Shown here: positions 1-10,590 of the stretch, in pieces | Layout: the number at the start of each line of letters is the position of its first letter | How positions within the stretch are numbered: position 1 is the stretch's first letter | The notes under the pieces: model-generated | Database searches by the model: none | Seen by the model: the letters and a program-made list of their open reading frames with translations, nothing else | What the model was told of the DNA's origin: nothing | Made by a program: the position numbers and the translations under genes | NCBI RefSeq assembly: GCF_000008565.1 | Contig: NC_001263.1 | Span: 997,564 to 1,022,898 of the forward strand | Length of the DNA stretch: 25,335 nt | Direction of reading: 5' to 3' | Origin: Deinococcus radiodurans R1 = ATCC 13939 = DSM 20539 | GTDB taxonomy: Bacteria; Deinococcota; Deinococci; Deinococcales; Deinococcaceae

Positions 1-70
1 TGTTCGCAAGGCCCTCTCCCATCAAGGTAAAGGGTCAAAGACAGAACAGATCATTCTGTCAAATGCTCTA
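1..70 (+). repeat. Deinococcus-type small noncoding repeat (SNR, MITE-like); right-hand part only, truncated by the window edge
   Basis: 1-70 (TTCGCAAGGCCCTCTCCCATCAAGGTAAAGGGTCAAAGACAGAACAGATCATTCTGTCAAATGCTCTA) aligns with the right part of the full copy at 17924-18049, apart from a 21-nt insertion in the latter. It ends in the same terminal motif, TTCTGTC(A/C)AATGCTCTA. Confidence 0.8.
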
Positions 71-1111
71 AGTCAGCGCCGGCACCACATGCATCACCCG
101 GTTGCGCCCGGCGCGTTTGGCGGCGAGCAGGGCGGCGTCCACCTCGCTGAAGATGCCGGGCAACTGCTCGGGCACCGTGTACTGGCCCAGCCCGGCGCTG
201 AGGGTGACGTGGGCGCCCCCGGCAAAACTGCGCACCTGCACTTCCTGCCGCACGCTGTCGAGGAGGTCTTCGGCCTCTGGGGGAAACAGGCCGGGCAGCA
301 GCAGGGCAAATTCCTCGCCGCCCCAGCGGTACGCCGAGCCCCCGGCGGGCAGGTGGTCGAGCAGCACGTCGGCCACGCCGCGCAGCACCCGGTCGCCCGC
401 CATATGGCCGTGATGGTCGTTGATCGCCTTGAAGTGGTCGAGGTCGAGCAGCGCGAGGGTGCCGCCCTGCACCGTTTGCCGCACCGCCTGATCGAAGGCG
501 CGGCGGTTGAACAGCCCGGTCAGCGGGTCGCGCTGGGCGTCGTGCGCGCTGCGGCGGGCCTGACGCTGAAGCCGAATCGCTTGCTGGCCGAACAGAGCAC
601 CCACCAGACAGATGAGCAGCATGATGACCGCCAGCCCCGGCTCGTTGCCGGTGGGCCGCGCCCACTGCCCCACCAGCAGACTCGACAGCCCGGCGAGCAG
701 CAAGGTCAGCCCCTGCCCGACCCGGGGGTGGTCCACGAACAGGAAACTCCACGCCAGGCTGGTGATGGGCCCGGCGAGCAGCAAAATCGCAAACGCCGAG
801 CGGTTGCCTACGTGCGCCTGCGGCAGCCAGAACTGCCAGAGGTTGAGTGCTGCGAGCAACAGCAGGTGCAGGCCCGTCAGCGCCAGGCGCACGCTCCATT
901 CCAGCCGGGGCGGAATCCAGGGGTAGGCCAGCCCCACCAGCAGCGGCAGACACAGCGGCAGGACAATCAGATAATTGGGATGCATGTACAGCGACGTGCT
1001 CCAGAGGGCCGTCACCGCCAGCAGGGGAGCCAGCAGCTGGAAATAGAGCCCGGTAAAACTCGTTGGCACAGGCGGGGGACCGGAGACAGCGGCAGGCGAC
1101 ATTGATTTCAC
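68..1111 (-). CDS. Membrane-anchored diguanylate cyclase (multi-TM N-terminus plus GGDEF domain)
   Basis: 347-aa ORF. The N-terminal ~170 aa is hydrophobic (several predicted TM helices). The C-terminus has the GGDEF-domain pattern DPLTGLFNRRAF...LLDLDHFKAINDHHGH..GD..L...RWGGEEFALLLPG with an intact GGEEF active site. The start is GTG 1111 or ATG 1102. The TAG stop (68-70) lies in the terminal bases of the SNR at 1-70. Confidence 0.85.
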   Translation of the reverse strand: MKSMSPAAVSGPPPVPTSFTGLYFQLLAPLLAVTALWSTSLYMHPNYLIVLPLCLPLLVGLAYPWIPPRLEWSVRLALTGLHLLLLAALNLWQFWLPQAHVGNRSAFAILLLAGPITSLAWSFLFVDHPRVGQGLTLLLAGLSSLLVGQWARPTGNEPGLAVIMLLICLVGALFGQQAIRLQRQARRSAHDAQRDPLTGLFNRRAFDQAVRQTVQGGTLALLDLDHFKAINDHHGHMAGDRVLRGVADVLLDHLPAGGSAYRWGGEEFALLLPGLFPPEAEDLLDSVRQEVQVRSFAGGAHVTLSAGLGQYTVPEQLPGIFSEVDAALLAAKRAGRNRVMHVVPALT

Positions 1112-1174
1112 TGTGTCGGCACCCCTCCTGCGGGAGTCTTACGTGGGCGAAAAATAAAGTTCAAGCGAAGTCGC

Positions 1175-1786
1175 TCAGGCCCCGACGAGTCGCAAGACCC
1201 AGTCCTGCACCTGCCCGATCAAGCTGCCGATGGGCCCGCGCAGGGCGTAGATGAAGATCATCACGATGACGAAGGAAAAGGGCTGCGCCTCGAACTGCGC
1301 CAGGCTGCGGCCCAGCGAGGGGACCAGCGCCCCCAGAATCCGGCTGCCGTCGAGCAGCGGAATCGGCAGCAGGTTGAAGACCGCCAGCACCACGTTGACG
1401 CCCAGCACGGTGCTCAGGATGACTTCGAGCAGCGGCGAGTATGGCAAGGCGGCGGCCAGCAGGGCACACACCAACGCGATCAGCAGGTTGCTCAGCGGCC
1501 CGGCGGCGGTGGCCCACAGCGTGCCCCAGCGCCCCAGGTTGCGCGGGTTGATCGGCACCGGGCGGGCGAACCCGAAGCCGGCGACCAGCAGCAGCAGCGT
1601 GCCGAGCGGGTCGAGATGCCGGAAAGGATTGAGCGACACCCGCCCGGCGCGGCGCGCTGTGGGGTCGCCCAGCCGGTCCGCGACGAAGGCGTGCGCGAAC
1701 TCGTGCACCGTCAGCGACAGCACGAGGGCCAGCGCCACGATGATGAACGCCAGGGGACTTTGTTGCAGCAGGGAAATCAGACCCAT
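1175..1786 (-). CDS. Peptidase M50 / site-2-protease-family integral membrane zinc metalloprotease
   Basis: HEFAHAF zinc motif (HExxH) in a hydrophobic protein, followed by NPxxHLDPLGT and a C-terminal LLPIPPLDG-like motif ([12 protein letters not shown]). Start chosen at the internal ATG (1784-1786, MGLISLL). The upstream part of the 244-aa ORF is Arg/Pro-rich and looks non-coding. A TACAAT box lies 9 nt upstream. Confidence 0.8.
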   Translation of the reverse strand: MGLISLLQQSPLAFIIVALALVLSLTVHEFAHAFVADRLGDPTARRAGRVSLNPFRHLDPLGTLLLLVAGFGFARPVPINPRNLGRWGTLWATAAGPLSNLLIALVCALLAAALPYSPLLEVILSTVLGVNVVLAVFNLLPIPLLDGSRILGALVPSLGRSLAQFEAQPFSFVIVMIFIYALRGPIGSLIGQVQDWVLRLVGA

Positions 1787-1835
1787 ATCCGACCCATTGT
1801 AGAGGCCGGCAGATGAGGCGCCGGGGTCAGGGGGC

Positions 1836-2960
1836 TCAGGTCGCCTTGGGGTTTGCGCCGAGGTAGGCCCGCAGCGCCGTGCGTTCCTCGTCCGCCGAGC
1901 GCACCGCACCGCTTTGCCGCAGCCCCGCGAGGTGCGCCAGGGCGCGGCCCACTGCCGGCCCCGGCGCCACCCCCAGCGCCACGACTTCGCGTCCGGTCAG
2001 CGGCAGGTAACTCTCGGGGCGCAGCAACCCGCGCAACTGCAATTCCGGCGTGCCCGGTGCGAAATAGCTGTCCGACAGCGCCCGCGCCAATAGCGCGGCG
2101 GGCCGCTCGCCCAGGGCCATCCGCTCGGCGAGGGCTGCGGCGTCAGGAGCTGCCGACAGAACCGCCGCCGCGTAGGTGCCGGGTTGAACCGGCGTGCCCG
2201 CATTCTGCTGTACATCGAGGGCTTCGAGCAGCGGCAGCCCCGGCAAGAGCGTCCCCGCCCCCCACCCGTCCAGCACGCGGGCTGCCTGCCCCGGACGCGG
2301 CTCGGCGAGCAGCAGCTTTAGTTCGGCCCACAGGCGGGGGGTGTCATCGGCCAGCGCCAGCGCATCCGGCACTTGCGCGAGCAACTCCGGCGCCGGGTGC
2401 AGCTCCAGCCGCGCGGCGAGCCGGGCCGCCCGCACCAGTCGGCTGGCGTCCTCGTGCAAGGAGCGGTCATGCAGCGGCCTCAGCTCGCGCCGTTCCAGGT
2501 CACGCAGTCCGCCCACCACGTCGAGCAGCTCGGGGGCGCCGTCCTCCCGCAGCCGCAGCGCCAGCGCATTGAGGCCGAAGTCGCGGCGGCGCAGGTCGTC
2601 GTGCAGGGTGCCGGGCAGCGGCTCGGGATTACGTCCCGGCTGCGGGTAGTGCTCGCGCCGCGCCCGGACGAGGTCGGCTCCGCGTCCGTCCGGCAGTGTC
2701 AGGGTGGCGTTCTCGAAAGCTGGATGGAAGACGAACGGCAGCCCACTCGCCAGCGCCAGCGCCTCCACCCCCTGACCGTCCTGCCCCGCCACCACGATGT
2801 CGAGGTCGAGCGGCGTCTGCCCCAGCAGGGCGTCGCGCACGGCCCCGCCGACCAGCGCGAGTTCGGTGTCCGGCCCGGCCCGGCGCGATAGGTCGTTGAG
2901 CCAGGCCCGGTCCTGCGGCTGCAACTGCGCCCAGACCTGCTCGCCGTCTGGGGTCGCCAT
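1836..2960 (-). CDS. tRNA nucleotidyltransferase / poly(A) polymerase family protein (CCA-, CC- or A-adding enzyme)
   Basis: N-terminal class-II nucleotidyltransferase head motif [20 protein letters not shown], then [10 protein letters not shown] (the RRD motif region). The ATG at 2958-2960 overlaps the htrA stop by 1 nt (TAATG). Confidence 0.8.
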   Translation of the reverse strand: MATPDGEQVWAQLQPQDRAWLNDLSRRAGPDTELALVGGAVRDALLGQTPLDLDIVVAGQDGQGVEALALASGLPFVFHPAFENATLTLPDGRGADLVRARREHYPQPGRNPEPLPGTLHDDLRRRDFGLNALALRLREDGAPELLDVVGGLRDLERRELRPLHDRSLHEDASRLVRAARLAARLELHPAPELLAQVPDALALADDTPRLWAELKLLLAEPRPGQAARVLDGWGAGTLLPGLPLLEALDVQQNAGTPVQPGTYAAAVLSAAPDAAALAERMALGERPAALLARALSDSYFAPGTPELQLRGLLRPESYLPLTGREVVALGVAPGPAVGRALAHLAGLRQSGAVRSADEERTALRAYLGANPKAT

Positions 2961-4220
2961 TACTGAAAGGCCGACTCGTCGAGGGTGAGCGTCACGTCAC
3001 GGGTTTTCCCGCCGCGCACCACCTTGAGCGCCACCTGGTCGCCCACCTTCTTGTCGAGCAGCACCGCCTGCAAGTCTTCGAGCGCGTCCACCGGCTGTCC
3101 GGCAGCCTCTACGATCACGTCGCCGCCGAGCTGAATGCGGCCCCCACCGGGGAAATCCTGGGGCGCGCCGCCGCCTTGCAGGCCCGCGCGGGCCGCCGGG
3201 CTGCCGGGCGCCACGCCGCCGATCAGCAGGCCGGTGTCGGGCAGCCCCGCCGCCCGTTTGCCTGCGGGTCGAGCATCCCCAGCCCCAGCGCGAGCACGCC
3301 GCTGCGCCCCTGCACCAGGATGCCCGGCTGCAAGCCCACCCGGGGTGCGGAGACGAGCCCGCCGCTCGCCGCCTGCAAGCGCGGCAGCAGGTTTCTGGCC
3401 GTGTTGATGGGAATGGCGAAGCCCACCCCCGCGCTCTGCGCCGCGCCCGCCTGACCGCTCGGCGAGTAGATCTGGGTGTTGATGCCGATCACCCGCCCGT
3501 CGCTCCCCAGCAGCGGCCCGCCCGAGTTGCCGGGATTGATGGCCGCGTCGGTCTGAATCGCCCGCTGGGTGATGCCCTCGCCACCCGTCGAAAAACCAAT
3601 GGGAATCTGACGCGAGGTCGCGCTCACGATGCCTTCAGACACGCTGAATTCCAGGCCGAAGGGGCGCCCATCGCCACCGTCTTCTGGCCCACCGCCAGCC
3701 GGTCGCTGTCGCCCAGCGGAATGGGCCGGATGTCACGCGGGCTCAGGTCGTGGGCGCGCAGCAGCGCGAGGTCGTACTGCGGAGCCAGCCCAATGACCTC
3801 GGCGTCCACCGTCTTCGTCGAGCCGAGCAGCCGAATCTGAATGCGGTCCGCCGCGCCGCCGTTCGTCCCGGCGACCACGTGGTAGTTGGTCAGGATGTCG
3901 CCCGCCGCGTTCACGAAAAAGCCGCTGCCCACCCCGCGCTGCACCTCGCTTTGCGGCGCGCCCATCATCCAGCCGAAGGGGTCCTGGCTCGTGACCCGCG
4001 CCTCGGTGGAGATGTAGACCAGCCCCGGCTCGTATTTCTGCACGATTTCGATGGTGTTCTGCTCGTTTTGCAGCCGCGCGCCCGCTTCTGCGGCGGGCGC
4101 GGTGGCGGGCGCCGGCGCCGGGTTGCGGGCCGACCCCAGCGGCACCTGGTCCCGCAGCAGGGTCGCGCCCAACCCCAGTCCCACCAGCACGAGAATGACG
4201 CCCCAGGCCTTCGACTTCAT
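2960..4220 (-). pseudogene. htrA: HtrA/DegP-family periplasmic serine protease with C-terminal PDZ domain; split into three reading frames by two single-base frameshifts as sequenced
   Basis: ORF 3624-4220 carries the signal peptide, the catalytic His (TNYHVVAG) and Asp (DLALL). ORF 3223-3642 carries the Ser motif (NPGNSGGPL...GFAIPIN). ORF 2960-3214 carries the PDZ domain ([17 protein letters not shown]...). Frame breaks lie at about 3661-3664 (a G4 run) and about 3255-3265. The 1261-nt span plus 2 nt gives 1263 nt, i.e. 421 codons. Confidence 0.8.
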
Positions 4221-4260
4221 AGGGGCATTGTGCCACCGGGGGCGCGGGACGGACAGGCAC

Positions 4261-4298
4261 GAAAAAGCGGGGCCGGGATGAATCTCCCAGCCTCCGCT
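4261..4298 (-). terminator. Rho-independent terminator downstream of hslO
   Basis: Minus strand reads AGCGGAGGCTGGGA-GATTCA-TCCCGGCCCCGCT followed by TTTTC. This is a long GC-rich stem with one G.U pair, placed 14 nt after the hslO stop. Confidence 0.7.
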
Positions 4299-4311
4299 TT
4301 GACTGCCTGAG

Positions 4312-5271
4312 TTAGGCTTCCGCGCGCGCCTCGCCCTCGTCGAGCGCTGCGATTTCCTCGGGGGTCAGGTGGTACTTCTCGCTGCACCAGTGGCACAGCA
4401 CTTCCTGACCGCCCTCGTCGATCATTTCCTGACGTTCCTCGGCGCCGAAGAACTTGAGGCTGTCAATCGCCTTTTCGCGCGAGCAGCGGCACGAGAAGTG
4501 GGCGGGCTGCGCGTCGGTGGCGAGTTGCAGGTCGAGGCCCGCCGCCGCCTGCTGCATGGCGCCGAGCAGCCCCCCGTTGCGGAGTTGGTCGGTCAGCATT
4601 CCCATGGCGGCGATGTTGGCTTCGAGTTTCGCCAGCGTTTCGTCGGTCACGCCGGGCATCGCCTGAATCAGCAGCCCACCCGCGTTGGCGACCCGGCCCC
4701 CTTCCTCGTACACGCCGAGCAGCACGGCGTTGGGAATCTGTTCGGAAGCCCCCAGGTAACGGCTCACGTCCTCGGCGATTTCGCCGCTTTGCAGCCGCAC
4801 GCTGCCGGTGTAGGGTTCGCCGTTGTCGAGCAGCCGGGTCACGGCGAGTTCGCCGTCCGTGCCCACGATGCCGCGCACGTCGAGTTTGCCGTCGCTTTCA
4901 CGCGGGGGCAGGTCGGCCTCGGGTTGCCGGACGTAGCCACGCAGCCGCCCGTCGGTGCTGCCTTCGGCCACGATCCAGCCCACCGGCCCGCCGCCGTCCA
5001 CCCGCACTGTCACCCGCGAGTCGGTGCGCTTGCCCAGCACCACCGCCAGCAGCGCCGAAGCGGCCATGGTGCGCCCGAGCGCCGCCGTCGCCGTCTTGCT
5101 GAGATTGTGGCGCCGCCGCGCTTCCTCGACCACCTTCGACGCCTCAATGCCCACCAGGCGCAACGTGCCGCCCGCCGCCGTGCCGCGCAGCATGAACGAC
5201 TCGGGCAGCGGCAGGTCGGCGTAGGCCGACTGGGCAGCGGCTTGTTGATTCTGGACAGCGGATTCGGTCAT
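4312..5271 (-). CDS. hslO: Hsp33 redox-regulated chaperone
   Basis: 319 aa. The C-terminal zinc/redox-switch motif CRCSREK...CHWCSEKY (CxC...CxxC) is typical of Hsp33. ATG at 5269-5271, with TAAAGT 6 nt upstream. Confidence 0.9.
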   Translation of the reverse strand: MTESAVQNQQAAAQSAYADLPLPESFMLRGTAAGGTLRLVGIEASKVVEEARRRHNLSKTATAALGRTMAASALLAVVLGKRTDSRVTVRVDGGGPVGWIVAEGSTDGRLRGYVRQPEADLPPRESDGKLDVRGIVGTDGELAVTRLLDNGEPYTGSVRLQSGEIAEDVSRYLGASEQIPNAVLLGVYEEGGRVANAGGLLIQAMPGVTDETLAKLEANIAAMGMLTDQLRNGGLLGAMQQAAAGLDLQLATDAQPAHFSCRCSREKAIDSLKFFGAEERQEMIDEGGQEVLCHWCSEKYHLTPEEIAALDEGEARAEA

Positions 5272-5277
5272 CAGGAA

Positions 5278-5283
5278 ACTTTA
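5278..5283 (-). promoter_or_regulatory. -10 box (TAAAGT) 6 nt upstream of the hslO ATG; candidate leaderless promoter
   Basis: Minus strand reads TAAAGT-ttcctg-ATG, with no Shine-Dalgarno sequence. Confidence 0.5.
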
Positions 5284-5571
5284 CATGACGAGACTCAAGT
5301 GAGATGTGGACGGGATTGCATTCGTGGCGTGTCTCAGCGGGTGCCTGACCGCTCTCTGAGGGGGCCAAGCACGTCACATTACGAGTTTTGTTAGGCCTCA
5401 CTCATCTGGCGGCGGTATGATAGCGGGCGTGCTTTTTAGCGGGCGGGCAACGGTTGTTCGCCGCGCAGAGACAGGGCCGCGTGGCAGCTGTGCGCCCCGT
5501 GGGCGTAGCCTCGTCGGTTGTCGGTGGCGGCTCCCCCCGCTCCCCGAACAGCGTTTTTCAGGAGAGAAGAC

Positions 5572-7433
<1,862 letters not shown>

Positions 7434-7454
7434 GCCGCGTCCCGCTTACCCTGA

Positions 7455-7484
7455 CCACCTTGCCTCCGCGCAGGGTGGTTTTTC
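7455..7484 (+). terminator. Rho-independent terminator after the ABC binding-protein gene
   Basis: CCACCTTGC-CTCCGC-GCAGGGTGG (9-bp stem with one G.U pair) followed by TTTTTC. Confidence 0.7.
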
Positions 7485-7515
7485 TATGTTGTTCTCTGTT
7501 TTTCTGTGGCCCCGC

Positions 7516-7521
7516 TATGCT
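7516..7521 (+). promoter_or_regulatory. -10 box (TATGCT) 6 nt upstream of the response-regulator ATG; candidate leaderless promoter
   Basis: TATGCT-gcgccc-ATG(7528), with no SD sequence. Confidence 0.5.
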
Positions 7522-7527
7522 GCGCCC

Positions 7528-8205
7528 ATGCTGCATACCGAGAACGAAGCCGCCCGGCCCATCACCCTGCTGCTGGTGGACGACCACCCGGTGGTCCGCA
7601 AGGGCACCCGCGAACTTCTTGAAGGCGAGACCGACCTGCGCGTGGTCGGCGAGGCCGGCAGCGGCGAGGAAGCGCTCGCCCAGGCCCGCTCGCTGACCCC
7701 CGACGTGATTCTGATGGACGTGTCCATGCCCGGCATGAACGGTATCGAGGCGACCAAAGCAATTAAGGCCGAGCAGCCCAGCGTGGGCGTGCTGGTGCTG
7801 ACCAGCTACGACGACGACGCTTACGTGTTCGCCCTGCTCGAAGCGGGCGCGGCGGGCTACCTGCTCAAGAACGCCAGCGAAGACGACCTGCTCGGCGCGG
7901 TGCGGGCGGTGGCGGCGGGCGAAAGTGCCCTGCACCCCTCGATTGCCCGCAAGGTCCTCGAACGCTTCAGCGTGGCTTCGACGCCGACCCCGCCCGAGGA
8001 CGACCTCAGCCCCCGCGAACTCGAAGTGCTGCGGGTGGCAGCGAGCGGGCGCACCAACAAGGAAATCGCCCGCGACCTCGACATCAGCCCACGCACCGTG
8101 CAGGTCCACCTCGCCAACATCTTTTCCAAACTTGGCGTCGGCAGCCGCACTGAGGCCGTGCTGCACGGCATCAAGCGCGGCTGGATTGACCCGCGCACGC
8201 TCTAG
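7528..8205 (+). CDS. NarL/FixJ (LuxR-type HTH) family response regulator
   Basis: Receiver domain: [11 protein letters not shown]...[14 protein letters not shown]...VLVLTSYDD...GAAGYLLK. C-terminal LuxR HTH: [45 protein letters not shown]. Start taken at ATG 7528. The TAG stop (8203-8205) forms the first bases of the SNR copy. Confidence 0.9.
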   Translation: MLHTENEAARPITLLLVDDHPVVRKGTRELLEGETDLRVVGEAGSGEEALAQARSLTPDVILMDVSMPGMNGIEATKAIKAEQPSVGVLVLTSYDDDAYVFALLEAGAAGYLLKNASEDDLLGAVRAVAAGESALHPSIARKVLERFSVASTPTPPEDDLSPRELEVLRVAASGRTNKEIARDLDISPRTVQVHLANIFSKLGVGSRTEAVLHGIKRGWIDPRTL

Positions 8206-8278
8206 AGCAGTTGACAGAAAAAGACCCCCTCACCCCTGCCTTCGGCAGGCCCTCTCCCACCAGGGTAGAGGGTCAAAA
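8203..8278 (+). repeat. SNR/MITE-like repeat; left end plus core, right end missing
   Basis: TAGAGCAGTTGACAGAAAAAGACCCCCTCACCCCTGCCTTCGGCAGGCCCTCTCCCACCAGGGTAGAGGGTCAAA aligns with 17923-18020. The first hairpin carries compensatory changes. Confidence 0.8.
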
Positions 8279-8320
8279 ATCCAAAGCAAGGGGCCTGGAG
8301 ATTCTTCCTCCAGGCCCCTT
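8272..8320 (-). terminator. Rho-independent terminator for the downstream OmpH-like gene (may also stop the + strand response-regulator transcript)
   Basis: Perfect 13-bp stem AAGGGGCCTGGAG / CTCCAGGCCCCTT (8288-8320) with a 7-nt loop. On the minus strand it is followed by GCTTTGGATTTTTG. Confidence 0.75.
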
Positions 8321-8342
8321 GCCTTGCACTCGGCGTTTACTT

Positions 8343-8825
8343 TTACTTCTTCAGCGCCTTGAGCACCGCTGGCGTCAAGTCGGTCTTGGCGGTGTTGGCA
8401 TAGACAACCAGTTTGGAGCTGGCCGCCACCTCGTAGTCGAACAGTACGCCGAAGCCGTTGCTCTTGGCGACGGCGGCGATGGTGCTGTCCACCCGCTTGC
8501 CGATGGGCTTGAACGACTCCGCGAGGCGGGTCTGGTAGTTCTTCTGAGCCGTAACAAAGCTCTGCTGAGCCTTTTTCAGCGCGTCGGCGTCGGCCTTGGC
8601 ACGGGTGCGGTTGGCCTTGACGGTGAGCTGCTGAATGTTGGCCTGACGCTTGGCGAGGTCGGTGTCCACCTTGCGGCGCAGGTCGAGGTAAGGCCCGCCG
8701 CCGGGCACCGCCGCCACGACCTTTTGCACGTTGACGAAGCCGAGGCGGGTGTTTTTCGTCTGGGCCTGGGGAACGGTGGCGAGCAGAAACAGCGGAAGCA
8801 GGAGCAGGGGACGGTGCAACTTCAT
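8343..8825 (-). CDS. OmpH/Skp-family periplasmic chaperone-like protein (paralog 1)
   Basis: 160 aa from ATG 8823-8825 with an AAGGA SD. Signal peptide MKLHRPLLLLPLFLLATVPQAQ, then LGFVNVQKVV and a coiled-coil-like K/Q/A-rich middle. The C-terminus VLFDYEVAASSKLVVYANTAKTDLTPAVLKALKK has the Skp/OmpH layout. Confidence 0.7.
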   Translation of the reverse strand: MKLHRPLLLLPLFLLATVPQAQTKNTRLGFVNVQKVVAAVPGGGPYLDLRRKVDTDLAKRQANIQQLTVKANRTRAKADADALKKAQQSFVTAQKNYQTRLAESFKPIGKRVDSTIAAVAKSNGFGVLFDYEVAASSKLVVYANTAKTDLTPAVLKALKK

Positions 8826-8870
8826 GGTTTTTTCCTTTCGGGGTGGGCGCCGCGCAGAGGGCAGACACGC

Positions 8871-8899
8871 GGCAAAACGAAACCCCCGCAAGTCGGGGG
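8871..8899 (-). terminator. Rho-independent terminator between the two OmpH-like genes
   Basis: Minus strand reads CCCCCG-ACTTG-CGGGGG followed by TTTCGTTTTG. Confidence 0.6.
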
Positions 8900-8961
8900 C
8901 AGGGAAGGACGCAAACTGAGGGTTGGGCGGCGCCTTTCCCCGCCGGGCGGAGGCGCGGGGC

Positions 8962-9444
8962 TTACTTGATGGTCTTCTTGACGGCTTCGGTCAGATCGGT
9001 GCTGTTGTCGGCGTAGATGACCAGGCCGCTCTGCTGAGCGATGGAGCGGTCCATGATGACCGAGAAACCGTTGGCCTTGGCGTAGTCGCTCAGCGACTTG
9101 TCGATGGCAGTTTCGACCTGAGCGGTCTTGTCGTTCAGGGGCTTGGTCTTGGCGTTGTAGGTGGCGAGCAGGGCTTCACGCTGCTGCTTTTCCGCCGCCG
9201 TGGCGCTCGCGCCCTTGGCGTCGATGGCGCGCAGCTTGTTGACCGTATCGGTCAGGGTCGCGTCCTTGTTGAGGCTGTCGCTCAGCGCCACGACGTCCTT
9301 GTTGCCGGGGTGGGCCGCGAAGAGGGCGTCCACGTTCACGAAGCCGACCTTCTGGGCGGGGGTCTGGGCGTGGGGGGCGAGGGTACCGAGTCCGAATGCG
9401 GCAGCGAGGGTAACGGGCGCGAGCGCCTTGGCGGTGATCTTCAT
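8962..9444 (-). CDS. OmpH/Skp-family periplasmic chaperone-like protein (paralog 2)
   Basis: 160 aa from ATG 9442-9444. Signal peptide MKITAKALAPVTLAAAFGLGTLAPHAQ, VGFVNVDALF, and C-terminus VIMDRSIAQQSGLVIYADNSTDLTEAVKKTIK. Same length and layout as the 8343-8825 product. TAGCGT lies 7 nt upstream of the ATG. Confidence 0.7.
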   Translation of the reverse strand: MKITAKALAPVTLAAAFGLGTLAPHAQTPAQKVGFVNVDALFAAHPGNKDVVALSDSLNKDATLTDTVNKLRAIDAKGASATAAEKQQREALLATYNAKTKPLNDKTAQVETAIDKSLSDYAKANGFSVIMDRSIAQQSGLVIYADNSTDLTEAVKKTIK

Positions 9445-9570
9445 GACAGCGACGCTAGCATGCCGGTTTCTGAGCCGAATGAAGCACGTCACAGTTGTCT
9501 CACACGTCCGGTCATTCCGCCGTCAGCTTGACCCGGGCCGCAGTAGAGAGGGCAGGGGAGAATGTGGCGC

Positions 9571-9576
9571 TAAACT
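9571..9576 (+). promoter_or_regulatory. -10 box (TAAACT) 6 nt upstream of the CBS-protein ATG; candidate leaderless promoter
   Basis: TAAACT-ccattt-ATG(9583). Confidence 0.5.
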
Positions 9577-9582
9577 CCATTT

Positions 9583-10212
<630 letters not shown>

Positions 10213-10295
10213 GGTAGGGTGGAGTTTGTCCGCCTGCTCTGGCTTTGGCTGGGTGGGCGGGTTTTGTTGTTGGGGCTTGGGTTTTAGCTTTTTGG

Positions 10296-10340
10296 CCCCA
10301 TCCCCCAGCCCCTTACCCCAAAGGGGCAAGGGGAGTTGAC
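10296..10340. repeat. GC-rich hairpin module related to the SNR family
   Basis: CCCCTTACCCC-AAA-GGGGCAAGGGG (10309-10333; 11-bp stem with one G.U pair), flanked by CCCCATCCCCCAG and AGTTGAC. It resembles the SNR core but is not a full copy. Confidence 0.45.
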
Positions 10341-10490
10341 GTTGGCACTGGGCACTTGGCGGTGATTGCGTTTGGCGGGCGGTTTTCCTTAAGTGCGTCG
10401 GTTGGTCTAGACGCCCGTGATTTTTGAGGACGCGAGGCCCGTCGCTTTCAGCGCCCGACGGCCCTTCCGTTCTGCGTTTCACCGTTTTCC

Positions 10491-10590
10491 GTAGAGCAGT
10501 GAAAAGGGCTAAAGCCTAAACGTTTGTATTTGTTGACCCTCTCCCCTTGCGGGAGAGGGCCTTTGCGAAGCAAAGGGGTGAGGGGGCATC
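10491..10590 (-). repeat. SNR/MITE-like repeat in inverted orientation
   Basis: 10542-10587 (TTGACCCTCTCCCCTTGCGGGAGAGGGCCTTTGCGAAGCAAAGGGGTGAGGGGGC) is the reverse complement of the SNR core. 10491-10505 (GTAGAGCAGTGAAAAG) resembles the terminal motif TAGAGCAGTTGACAGAAAAAG. Confidence 0.7.

Noticed and set aside
89-1105. Long ORFs antisense to, or out of frame with, the called genes. Examples: 89-1105 (+), 4369-5394 (+), 5436-6257 (-), 7420-8166 (-), 8211-8969 (+), 9523-10482 (-), 10999-11871 (+), 12288-13472 (+), 14774-15349 (-), 15435-16538 (-), 16412-17134 (-), 17262-18005 (-), 18145-19275 (+), 19749-20471 (+), 21175-22407 (+), 22849-23619 (-), 24355-25086 (+).
   Set aside because: These are typical shadow ORFs of a ~67% GC genome. 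Their translations are Arg/Pro/Gly/Ala-rich and low in complexity, with no recognisable domain. Each overlaps a gene with clear family motifs on the other strand or frame.
1112-1174. Terminator after the M50 protease gene.
   Set aside because: Only a 4-5 bp stem (AGCG-ACTT-CGCT) followed by a T-rich tract is present, which is too weak to call. The GGDEF gene downstream may be co-transcribed.
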